From Vermamoeba vermiformis (Eukaryota), in the NCBI GenBank assembly GCA_045837725.1, contig JBEWZL010000215.1, positions 248,001 through 292,896 of the forward strand: DNA of 44,896 nucleotides, read 5' to 3'. Below are positions 11,558 to 22,649 of the stretch, one piece after another. The number at the start of each line of letters is the position of its first letter. The first letter of the stretch is position 1. The notes beneath the pieces were generated by a model. That model did not search any database. It saw only the letters and a list, made by a program, of their open reading frames with translations, and had not been told where the DNA came from. A program made the translations under genes and the position numbers.

Positions 11558-14500
11558 TCATTTTTTCTTGTTCGCGTCAATGAACTCGCGGATCATACTC
11601 TTCAAGGTGTGTGACGGTGTCAGTTGTTTGTTTGACAATTGAAGACCAGTCATGGGAGAAGTTCTTCAGCCACAGTTCGATTGCTGTTCGTTCATAAGTG
11701 TGACCGTCACTCGCGAACACAGGGTCGTTCATGATGTCTTGAGTGATCGGGCAGATGAACGCTTCGGGAATCTTCGTTTTCTTCTCTTTAAGTGCAATTT
11801 TCAGCTCCTTGAATCGTTTCATCTCCTCCAGTTGGTGTTCGAGTTGACTATTAGCTACGTTGTTATTATTGTTGATTATGTTTTGATTAGGCAACATTCG
11901 GTCATCTAGTATTGATTCTTTTAGCCTTAATATCTCTTTTTGAAGTTTGATGACGTCACCAATTTTTTTGATCCGTAGTTGACCGATCAGATCCGCTTTC
12001 TCCAAGAACACAAGATCTGCTCCTGTGATCTATTACACCCTTATATTAGCACGTGCTCGGGACCTAAATGTATTTCGCATACCTCATTCTTCTTGAAGAC
12101 GTCAACCAAGTGACCAAACTTGTTGTCTTCGAGCCACGTGCACACTGTGTCGTTGTTCCATTGCAGCACTCCCGGAGGAATCGTGTAGATATCGCGATGG
12201 GTTTGTATCAAATATATGTACATCAAAAGCTTCTTGGCGTCTTTGAACGAGACCTCAAGAGCGGAGATCAGGTCATTTGTTTCGAGCTGCAGAAGTACCG
12301 CGCCGTCAATGTTGTTTGACAGGAAGGAGCCACAGTATCGTGCAAGGCCTGTCTCTTTCAGTAATAACGTCACATCGTCCTTGGACCAAGTAGCAAAGTC
12401 CGTTTGAAGCGTTTGTTGCCACTTTTTGAGTGCTGGTTCGTTTTTCTTTATAGACGCTTGAAAATTACGGATATTCGTTGTAAGATTTTCTTGAACACGA
12501 GTACTGTCAGTCAATTCTCGTGATTGTTTCTGTATACTTGTATTTACGGATCTCATCCTTGCTTCAACCTCTGTAAGTTTTCGTTGCAATTCATTTCGTT
12601 CACTATTTAATCCAGCAATGGTCCTACTATTGGCATCGAGCTGCCCTTGCAAAGTAGCGCCTCGTTTCTGCGATTCTTGGAACAAGCCTTTCAGTGAATG
12701 AATGGCAAGGTTATCTATGAATGTTTTGGTGCTTAAACTAAGGTCGCTCGGATAAATTTCTGAGATCACGTGTTCGCCACAATTTTGTTGCAAATATTTC
12801 GCTAGTTCTTCCCAATTGCTGCTCTTTATAAAATTTTCGATGGTGCATAGCTGATTGTCTTTGAACAGCGTTCGCTCAATGGAAAACTCCGTGTGCGTCA
12901 CTAAAAATACGTTGGTATTATAATTGTTTAGTCTGAGTTGTACCTACCTATTGAATTATCATTTTGGTGCCCTGCGAAACATTCATCAGAAACAGATCTG
13001 ACCGAGATCAAAAATTCTTACCCCGTTTAGTAAATTTTGTTATATTCCCGTGATTCAGAAGTGCTTCCTTGAGTTTCTTCTCAAACTCGAATTGACCGTA
13101 GGCACTGGTTATATTCAGGGTCAGTTCGGTCAAGCTAGAATTTGCAGCCAGCCCATCTAAAAGTTGTGTTGCGTAAGAGGGTACAATTACACCTAATTGA
13201 TAATATTAGAAATTATAAAGAAATATTTGCAATAGTACCATCGAGATTTAGGGTTTTAATTGACGAGTTTTGTCGCAGAAAAGTGCTGATCGGAGGTGTA
13301 AGAATGAGGTGGTCTCCAAATTCAACAGTAAGACTAATAAGGGTTTTTGATTGAATAAGTGAATGAATTAAAGCCAGAGATTCGGTTTGGAATTTCCTGC
13401 CGCCGCCAGCGAGAATCGTCACATCCGTCAGTATTGATGACTATTGTAAAAAGAGATAAAGGAAAATTTATGATAAAATTAATTTAAATAGTGCATGCTG
13501 CTGCAAGGATATTTTAATTTATAATTTACGGCATTTCAATATTGTTAAGGTTCATTTTTCCGGTTGCGCCCACGAGATTCGAGAACCGTGAAGTCAATTT
13601 GACCACCGTGGATAAGTTTAGTGGGTTTAGTGGCACTAAAAATATATGACGCCGTTAATTTGCTAGTCGGCTCTAATTAAACTTTGAAATTTTTTACAGC
13701 CACATCCAGCAACGGATCTGCAGCAAAAATTCTTGCAAGCACAATACCATTAATATACATCCTGTTGCGTGATGGTTTTGTGCGAAAAGAAGAGATAGTA
13801 ACAGAAAAAATTTTGCACGAGAAAATATACTTTTTTACAAAAAAGGAAATAGCCGGGCACAAGAAACACGAAGGGTTTCTCTATTAGTAGTGCATCTTTT
13901 TGGTTGAAACTGCGGCTGTATCTTGATAATGTCGATGTACAATTGTTGTGCTTACAAGCATGTTTGAAAAACAATTACATCCGGCCCCTGATCCTGCAGG
14001 GGTTAGCCCTTAAGGGCAAAGTATTAGCTTGTTAAATTTTGAGAGAATAGTATAACTCTCATTACGTCATGGAGTAATACAGCAGGCACTGCCGATCTCA
14101 TTTAATTCGACAGATTGCTCTCAAAATAAATCTAATGGGCTAAACCTAGCTACAAGTATTTATATTGATTATAAAACATTCAAATTATCGCCAAAAACGA
14201 AGTAATTATGCAGACAAAGCGTCAATCCGATCTTCTAAAAAATATTCGCTCCAGAAATTTTTCTTGTGTAATCAAATGCTCAAAAATATATTTATTATTA
14301 GTATTAAAGATATTACGACTATTATCTAACGGAGCAAAATTCGCCGAGGCCTAATCTCACATCTGATCTCATAATTTGCCACAAAAACGAGCACAGCTGT
14401 TAATTATATCTATAATACACTGATGAAATACCTTAGATCATATACTAGCATTTGAACATCTGTTTGTTAATCACAACGGGCACGTGCCACATTCAGATGC

Positions 14501-14855
14501 GATTGCGACTCACTACCAATTTTAATCTCGTTTTGCCTCATTACTAAACAATATGTGTTGCATATAAAGAGTCATTATTGACAGTGTAAACTGTCGGAAC
14601 GCGCAAAAAAATCATGCCGAAATTTTCCTTTATCTCTTTTTACGATAGTTTTTGTTCAGTGACTTATTATTTTGCAAAGCCTCTTCCAGGTAGAGAAAAT
14701 TAGTGCGGGGTCCTAATTAATTTCGAACATTAATATTTCTTTTGCTAAAATAATTAAGATTAATAATTACCCGGGTCAATTTCCACACTTTTTACGTCCG
14801 ATCCTATTTTGCGTTTCTTCCTTGGGCTTGCAACGTCGTTTTTTGTGTTAATCAT
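11558..14855 (-). pseudogene. LRR-SAM-SAM-U-box copy B, disrupted by an insertion and a U-box frameshift
   Basis: Exon 1 'MINTKNDVASPRKKRKIGSDVKSVEIDP' (14855-14771). Exon 2 is interrupted by the 13433-14656 insertion. An 8-nt deletion relative to copy A (gtattgtt missing at 11660/11661) shifts the frame after 'WLKN'. Confidence 0.85.
13433..14656. mobile_element. ~1.2 kb non-autonomous insertion with 30-bp subterminal inverted repeats and a 4-5 bp target duplication
   Basis: actattgtaaaaagagataaaggaaaattt (13440-13469) is the reverse complement of 14620-14649 with 1 mismatch. (t)cagt flanks both sides (13428-13432, 14656-14660). Removing the element restores 'EEALQNNKSLTDVTIL'. No transposase ORF. 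Confidence 0.85.
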
Positions 14856-15026
14856 ATCTGCACTGCTTGTAGGCTTGCTTTGAAACGCGATCAGAAAAAT
14901 GGTTTGATTTTGCAAGAAACACAAATTTGATCCAATTCTCAAAGAATCGATCTAGAATGTAATTTATTGATCGTTATCATAAACAAATGGCGATTATTCC
15001 GTAATGCGGGTGCATCGTTACGTTGC

Positions 15027-17149
15027 TTATTTTTTCTTGTTAGCGTCAATGAACTCACGGATCATACTCTTCAAAGTGTGCGAAGGAGTGAGCTGTTTGT
15101 TTGACAATTGAAGGCCAGTCATGGGAGAAGTATTGTTGTTTTTCAGCCACAGTTCGATTGCTGTTCTCTCGTACGTGTGACCGTCACTCGCCACCACTGG
15201 CTCTTGCATCATGTCTTGAGTGATCGGGCAGATGAACGCTTCAGGTATCTTCGTTTTCTTCTCCTTTAGTGCGCTTTTCAGCTCTTCGTTGAATCGTTTC
15301 ATCTCTTCGAGTTGACGCTCCAATTGCTTGTTGCTTGCATTGCTGTTGCCAGTCTTAAGTTGTGCTTGTAGTCCGTGTTCGTCTTTTAGCGAGTCCTTGA
15401 GTTTCGCTATCTCCAAATGGAGTTTAATAACATCACCAAGCGCTTGGATTTTCAAATGACGTGTCAGTTCTGTCTTCTCTAGGAAGACGAATTCCGCACC
15501 ACAGATCTGTGCGTATGGTTAACAGGAGTAGTATTAACATGTCAAACGCTACCTGATGATTCGCGAATATGTCAACGAGATGACTAAACTTGTTGTCCTT
15601 CAGCCACGTGCACACGGTGTCGTTGTTCCATTGCAGCACTCCCGGAGGTATTGCGTATATGTCGTGTTGGGTTTGAACTAGATACACGTACATAAGAAGT
15701 TTCTTGGCCTCTTTGAAAGACACTTCGAGAGTCGATATCAAGTCGTCCGTTTCGAGCGCTTTCAGCACTGTTCCATCAATTTTGTTCGCCACAAAGACTT
15801 GCGAGTAGTTCCCAAGGCCAATCTCCGTGAGCAAAAATGACACGTCCTCACAGGACCACGTGCCAATGTCCGTTTGAAGCTTTTGCTGCCATTTCTTGAG
15901 AGCTGGCTCGTTCTTCTTCAGCGCATTTTCAAAGCTCTGCATATTTTCGCGAAGGAACAGCTGGGCAGCACTCTTCTCGGATAGCACTTGGCTATTCGAC
16001 TGAATTTGCGAATCGACTTTGATGAGATCTGCTTCGACTCCATCCAGCTGTTTTCGGAGTTCGTCGCGTTTCTTGGTTAGCGCCGAAAACTGCTTGCGTT
16101 TCTCCTCGGTCTCGGATTGAATTTTGTTCTTTTCGTTGGTCGCATCTTCTACCATTTTCTGCAAAGCATGAATTGCCAGCTTATCTACGAAGGTTTTAGT
16201 GCTCAAGTTGTGCCCTTCAGAGTAAAATTTTTTCAAGAGTACGGTCTGGCAGTTGCTTCTTAGAAACTGGGCCAGCTGTTCCCAGTTGCAGTTACTAATG
16301 AGTTCATCGAGTTGGTCTGTGGACCTTCTTTCGATTAGAAAGGACAGGTGCACTAGATCGTCTGGAAACCGTTAGCAGCAGTTGAAAGTATTAAGTTACA
16401 TACCAGTCACAACGGCGTGTGGAGATACGACGGATCCAAGACTTTTGGATTTAGGATTATTCTCTAAAGAGGGATTATCAGAGTGATTAAATATTAGATG
16501 TTTAGTAATTCAACTCACGTCTAATTTCAAATCGCAACACGGTAGGATTTTTCCGCAGTGCAGCGATAATTCTTTTGAAATCGTCGTGTATCTTTTCTCG
16601 CTGATTGTAGTTATCAAACGTTCTTACGTCAAGCGTAGTCAAGCTTGAGTTATCCTCCAGTCCCTTGTAAAACTGATCGGAGTTCATGCAACCGAAGCCT
16701 ATCAAATTGAAATAAGCATATTTACTAGAGTGAAACAGTACTTACCAATGATCGAGAGAGACTTAAGAGACGAGTTCTCCATTAACAGATTTCCCACAGA
16801 AGAAAAAAATCGCTCATTGTTGCTCTCAACTTCCAGTTCTCGAAGGACTTTTGATGCATGCAAGCTTTTAAGAATAGGCGCCAACTTAGTAGGAACAGTT
16901 CGCCACGAGTGGTTTAGTTTTACTGCTGTGATTGAATTGTTTTCTTGCAGCGCATCCGCAACGCAATGGTGATTTAATATTTGTTCTACCGCAATTAAGG
17001 GTTAATCAAGACATTATTGAATATTAATTATATTTACCTGTCCAAAGCTCAATTCTCTTCACTGATGAGGCAATTTTAAAACGTGTGCCATGGGTAATAG
17101 CGTTTTTGATATCCGCTTCGGTGCCAAGAGTGGGTATACTTACTTCCAT
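15027..17149 (-). CDS. LRR-like / coiled-coil / SAM-SAM / U-box E3 ligase, copy C
   Basis: Start 'MEVSIPTLGTEADIKNAITHGTRFKIASSV'; LRR exons 16502-16990; coiled-coil + SAM exon ~15553-16353; U-box exon ending 'REFIDANKKK*'. Confidence 0.88.
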
Positions 17150-17371
17150 CACTAGTGTTTGTAGGTGTATCAAATTAATTGGAATGGTCGGTTTTGTCGT
17201 GTTTCTTTTTTTGAAACGAATCACAAAATTGAATTCTATTCTTTTCCACAAAAGAATAGGTGCCAATATACGCGTGGACAGAAGCAGTAGTGAAATGTTT
17301 CACGTTTTACGATGGTTTTTGCAAGGAGAAGCGTGGAGAGCAGGATAAATCTTATAACCGAAGTGCAGTCG

Positions 17372-20113
17372 TTACTTTTTCTTTTTGGCATCAATGAACT
17401 CGCGGATCATACTCTTCAAGGTGTGCGAAGGTGTCAGTTGTTTGTTTGACAATTTAAGACCTGTCACGGGAGAGCTGTTGCCGCTCTTTAGCCACAGTTC
17501 GATTGCTGTTCTCTCGTACGTGTGACCGTCACTCGCGACCACTGGCTCTTGCATCATGTCTTGCATGATCGGGCAGATGAACGCTTCAGGTATTTTGGTT
17601 TCACGTTGTTTGAGAGTCAGTTTGAGCTCTTCGTTGAATCGCTTCATCTCTTCGAGTTGACGTGCAACGTAGTCATTGACGTTATTGGTTTTCTGGCGTT
17701 GATTTTGCAAGCTATGGTCATTCGATAGCGAATCCTTAAGTATTGAAATCTCTTTTTGCAGCTTAATGATGTCGCCCAGAGCTTGAATTTTTAAGTGATT
17801 GTTTAGATCCACTTTGTCCAAGAAAGCAAGCTCGGCTCCTGTTATCTATTTACCTCAAGTCAGTACTTGAGGTACGCACTGGTGGTCTAAATAAATTTCA
17901 CTTACCTGATGTTTCCTAAAGACTTCGACCAAGTGACCAAACTTGTTGTCTTCGAGCCACGTGCACACGGTGTCGTTGTTCCATTGCAGCACTCCCGGAG
18001 GTATCGTGTAGATGTCGCGATGTGCTTGAACCAAGTGGACGTACATTAATACACGTTTGGCTTCTTTAAAAGTTAATTTGAGGTTCGCTGACGTAAGATC
18101 AATAGTGTCGAGTGCTGAAAGTAAGGCGCCGTCAATCTTGTGGCTTGCAAAAGCGGAGGTGTACGCTTTGAGTCCAATCTCAGAGAGCAAGAACTGGACG
18201 TCTTCCGAGCTCCAGTCAGCCAAGTCAGTGCGTAGCTTTTGCTGCCACCTAGATTTGTTTTTGTATGACTCCCAATAAGCCTCTAGCTTGGTGGCGAGTG
18301 TCTGGATGCAGTTCTTGTACACTCTTGTATTTACATCGAAGTCTTGCTTATTATGCGTCGGTTGCAAGAAGTCTGCCTCGATAATACCAATGACGCCAAC
18401 TGCATCTGGATTGATCTGATTTTGAATTCCGACGCGCAAGTATGGTTTGATGAGGCGATTTCTGTGGTAGAGCATGATGCCATACAAATTAGGATTATCC
18501 ACGTTCATGCCAAATGTAATCCTCGTGTTTTTCTACAAATACAAAAAAAATTAAAATGTGCCAAGGAGTGGCTAATAGCGAAATAAATATAAAGCGCATA
18601 TGCTTAAAATAAAGCCATTACTTACATAAACATCAAACATACGGTTGGCAAGTGAAGCGTCTACAAATTTTGGTTGAACCTTTGTGCCTCGCAAGACGAT
18701 AATCATTCTCGGCTTTGAATATAATATAGAGCAGTATTCCTGATATTAGATAGTGTCATTAGCATGCAAAAGAAGCAGATAGGACTGCTAGACTTACTCG
18801 CAGCGAGAAATCAATCGGACTTTTAACATGCGTGCCCTGGCCTGTTTGGTGCTGTTGGAAATGCAGCCTTTTGCCTTTAGGACTCTGAATACAGATTAGA
18901 TGGTGCATATCCGAGACCTTAAAGCTTACCAATACATTGGCTATCCTAATATCACATGGGTCTGTTTCAAAATCGAGCTCGTATGGCGCATCCCGCTCTG
19001 TTGAAATTTTTAGCAATGGTTGACGTTGATCCAGTTAATTATACGTACCTTTACCAACTGTTCGCAAATTATATACAACGATATGAGTACCAGTGCCTCT
19101 CTTGGTACCATTAGGTATTCTTTTGAATCTGTTCATCATGTCGTGGATCGTTTTGAACGGTGAGTAGGTTTGAATAGCACCTAGACTTTGCTCGGCGGCT
19201 TGAAGCTCTGTAAGACACTCTAAATATAACGGTAAGCAACTTTTAAGTAGCAACAGTGTTCTAATTGGACTTACTTCCAGTCGCATCCCACGTAACCATC
19301 GGAATGAGGACTGAAGTTGCATTTTCAGCGAATAAAAAGGTTTGAGACAACATGCCAATGCTATAAGTACTTTTTGATTTCGAAAAAACGATTACATCTC
19401 GGCCTAAACGCATTGAACCGGATTTGAATCCGTTGCCGTAGTGACCGATCGGTTTATGTCCATTGACTTCTTCCTGCATTGACGGTTATGAAATTAGACA
19501 TGTTTTTAATAATAAAGTAAGTTTAACCCAGACAGAGCTTCGAAAAGCAGTGAATTCGCTCGTGTCAGTCAGTCACGTACCTTCTCACAATATCCAAAAC
19601 TCAGCATTTTGTATAATTTATCGATTTCCATGCCGTAGCCATTATCGGTGAAGCATAATCGAGGCTGGCCGTTTTTTTCTTCTTCGACATCGATCCAAAA
19701 TCTGGTTGCCATAACATCCGGATCTGTCGCATTATCTGTGCAATGTTTTAGTTACGTAACTATAGTAATATTCAGTCGTACGTACCCACGAGTTCGGCTA
19801 TTGCTCCGAAGGCCCAAATGTGACTTGTCGAATTGCTGTGCAAAAATTTGGGATGTGTCTGCAATTTGGATAATAATTAGTACGGGCATGTAAATATAAT
19901 GTAATAATTAATAAATAATTGTAATAATTAATATTGTATCATTTTTGCAATCAATTTGCGAATTGGTGTTCCAGCGAGATCGCTCGAATCTATCTTTTCA
20001 ATTAAATATTTAGAAATAATACATACCATGCTTTGTTCAACAAAGCAATATTTTTTGGCTGCATTTGATTGCGCCTCGTGAGGAGTCGCAGCTGCTGGAT
20101 TACGGATTGCCAT
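17372..20113 (-). CDS. Chimeric MORC-family GHKL ATPase-S5 fused to SAM-SAM-U-box (copy D)
   Basis: MORC motifs '[25 protein letters not shown]', 'FTDNGYGM', '[16 protein letters not shown]', '[11 protein letters not shown]', '[14 protein letters not shown]', '[10 protein letters not shown]'. Within one exon these continue into 'WQQKLRTDLADWSSEDVQFLL' (SAM), SAM2 and then the U-box exon. Confidence 0.9.
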
Positions 20114-20348
20114 CTTCGCGACTGACTGACGATTTAAAATTGAATTGATTCTTCTCTCGCCGTAATAAATATTATTGTAAACGGTGTATTTATTTACAAA
20201 GCTGGGTAGGAGCTGATTTTGGGTCTACTTGCGATCTGCGAACACCCTTTCGAGTATTTTCCAAAATCGCCTCGTGGTTGCTCTATCTACAGAATTTGAC
20301 TGCGTTAGCGCGGCGCCGAAACTTGTTTGACAGAAAACTCTTCCGTGA
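18287..20348. repeat. Inverted segmental duplication, partner at ~42790-44896
   Basis: Exons, introns and upstream DNA all match. For example aaaatcgcctcgtggttg.tctatctacagaatttgactgc (20263-20303) is the reverse complement of 42848-42888. Confidence 0.95.
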
Positions 20349-20473
20349 CAACGCAATCCACAAGAAAGAACGTCTCGATTTGGTTGGCCAATTAATATCG
20401 GCACCTCATTTTTTTAAGCGTCATGAATTACAGTTTATTGTTGAACAAATATTGGTGAGGCCTTTCGTATTGT

Positions 20474-22585
20474 TCATTTTTTCTTGTTAGCGTCAACGAA
20501 CTCGCGGATCATACTCTTCAAGGTGTGTGAAGGAGTGAGTTGCTTGTTTGACAATTGAAGACCAGTCATGGGAGAAGTGTTGTTGTTCTTCAGCCACAGT
20601 TCGATTGCTGTTCTCTCGTACGTGTGACCGTCACTCGCGACCACTGGCTCTTGCATCATGTCTTGTGTGATTGGACAGATGAACGCTTCAGGTATTTTGG
20701 TTTCACGTTCCTTGAGAGTCATTTTGAGCTCTTCGTTGAATCGTTTCATTTCGTCAAGTTGACGAGCTAGTTGATCGTTATTGTTGTCCTTCAGTTCCAA
20801 GATTTGTTCATTGCGTAGCGAATCTCTGAGCTTAGAGCTTTCTTTTTGAAGCTTAACGACGTCGCCGAGAGTAGCGATCTTCAAATGATTGGTCAGATCC
20901 GCTTTCTCCAAGAATGCAAGTTCAACGCCAGTAATCTACACGAAAGCAATGTTAACATCAGTCTGATACGTTAGGTATTATTTTACGTACTTGGTTCTTC
21001 TTGAAGACATCGACCAAGTGACCAAACTTGTTGTCTTCGAGCCACGTGCACACGGTGTCGTTGTTCCATTGCAGCACTCCTGGAGGTATCGTGTAGATGT
21101 CGTGCTGGGTTTGAACCAAGTGAACGTACATTTGCAGCTTCTTGGTGTCTTTAAATGACAAGTGAAGAGTCATCAAATCATTGGTGTCAAGACACGCGAG
21201 TGCCGAGCCATCAATATTGTTGGTTGCGAAGGCGGAAGCGTAGTTTTTCAAACCTACTTCTGCTAGTAAGAGCGATACATCTTCAATACTCCATGTGCTG
21301 AGGTCGGTTTGTAACTTCTTTTGCCATCTCTTTAGCGCTGGTTCGTTTGAACTCAACGCAGCCTGAAATCTGGTCAAGTTCGCAAGAAGGTTATCCAGTG
21401 CGGAGTTTTTTGCCGTTAAAGAGTTTGATTCCGATTTGATCTCCTCGTTGACTTGTTCGAGTTCTGTTTCCAGCGCCAAAAGTTGTCGTCGTACTTCGAT
21501 CAGCTTGGCTGAAAGGGTCTCGGATTTGGTCATCTTTTCAGTGAGGGATGACATCAGTGCGTTAGTCTCCTCTTTTGTTTCGTTGAGTAGTTGACTAATT
21601 GAGTGGACGGCGAGTTGGTCCGCGAAAGTCTTGTTGCTCAAATTGCAATCTTGCGGGTAGATCTGGCCTTCGACGATACGTGCAGGACAGGTCTCTTTCA
21701 AGAACTTGGCCATCGCCTCCCAGTCGGGACTATTGGACAAGAGAAATTCTTTTGCGGGTGCCTTTCGTTCAATTGTAATGCACAAGCGCGCAGCCTGAGC
21801 ATCTGCTGGGGTTAGCAAACATAATACTACTCACGCTTACATACCTGACAGAGATTTGTCGGGCGATATACTGAAGCAAGCTCCCGAGCCACCTTAATCT
21901 AGAATTAAAAAGGGGGATAACTGAGAGCGACTTACTTTGGATCGCAAATTGTTTAATATTTGGATTTAACCGCAAGGCAGCAATGATTTTTCGAAAATTT
22001 TCGTTTATCGCTGTGATGCTAGCACGATTTCCTCCAATACTATAGTTTTCAAGCTCAAACCGAGTTAACTCAAGTCGTAGCAGCGACGAATTTCTTGCCA
22101 AACCTGAATAAAATTCTTCCGGTTTCATGTAGCCCAAACCTGAAAAATATCAGTCTGAAGAATTTTCAATAGTAGTGCTTACCGGAAATAGAAAGCGACT
22201 TGAGCAAAGTATTCTCTTTCAGCAGAGTACCCAGCGCGACATACATATCATCTTTATCACTGACTACGGTAAGCTCTTGCCAAATTTTGGAGTGTTTCAA
22301 ACTCGCTAAAAGTGGCACTATTTGTCCAGGATCTGTGTTCCAAAAGTGATTTATTTTCAAGCTGGTGATGGAGGTGTTATTTCTTAAAGCTTCTTCAACG
22401 TAGTCCTGGCAGGCAATTATATCTATTAATTTATTTTAAAATTATTATAAACAAAAATAAATTGGAATCCGGGTACCTGTCGCTACTTCCAGAGACGTTA
22501 TTTCTGCACCAATTCTGAATCTTGTTCCATCAAGAATAGCGGTGTTTATGTCATCATCGGTGTTAAGAGTAGGTATTGCTGCCAT
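20474..22585 (-). CDS. LRR-like / coiled-coil / SAM-SAM / U-box E3 ligase, copy E
   Basis: Start 'MAAIPTLNTDDDINTAILDGTRFRIGAEITSLEV'; LRR exons 21850-22420; coiled-coil + SAM exon 20990-21810; U-box exon 20474-20936. Confidence 0.88.
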
Positions 22586-22649
22586 CGTTAGCGTTGTCGT
22601 TTGTATTGCGGTTAGAAAGAATAGACGTTTTTGACCCAAAAAAAGAATT

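Noticed and set aside
13677-13974. Short ORFs inside the insertion as a transposase or recombinase
   Set aside because: They are 61-74 aa, overlap on both strands and show no DDE or tyrosine-recombinase motifs.
17372-20113. Prokaryotic MORC/GHKL restriction or defence operon
   Set aside because: The gene has spliceosomal introns and eukaryotic MORC3/4-like motifs, and its neighbours are eukaryotic genes.
19928-20113. Small ORFs at 19928-20113 and 42954-43256 as separate genes
   Set aside because: They are MORC exon 1 read through into intron 1 (donor GTATGT after 'QSM').
9747-21100. Recurrent near-identical repeats as a CRISPR-like array
   Set aside because: They are kilobases apart and are coding segments of paralogous genes; there are no spacers or cas genes.
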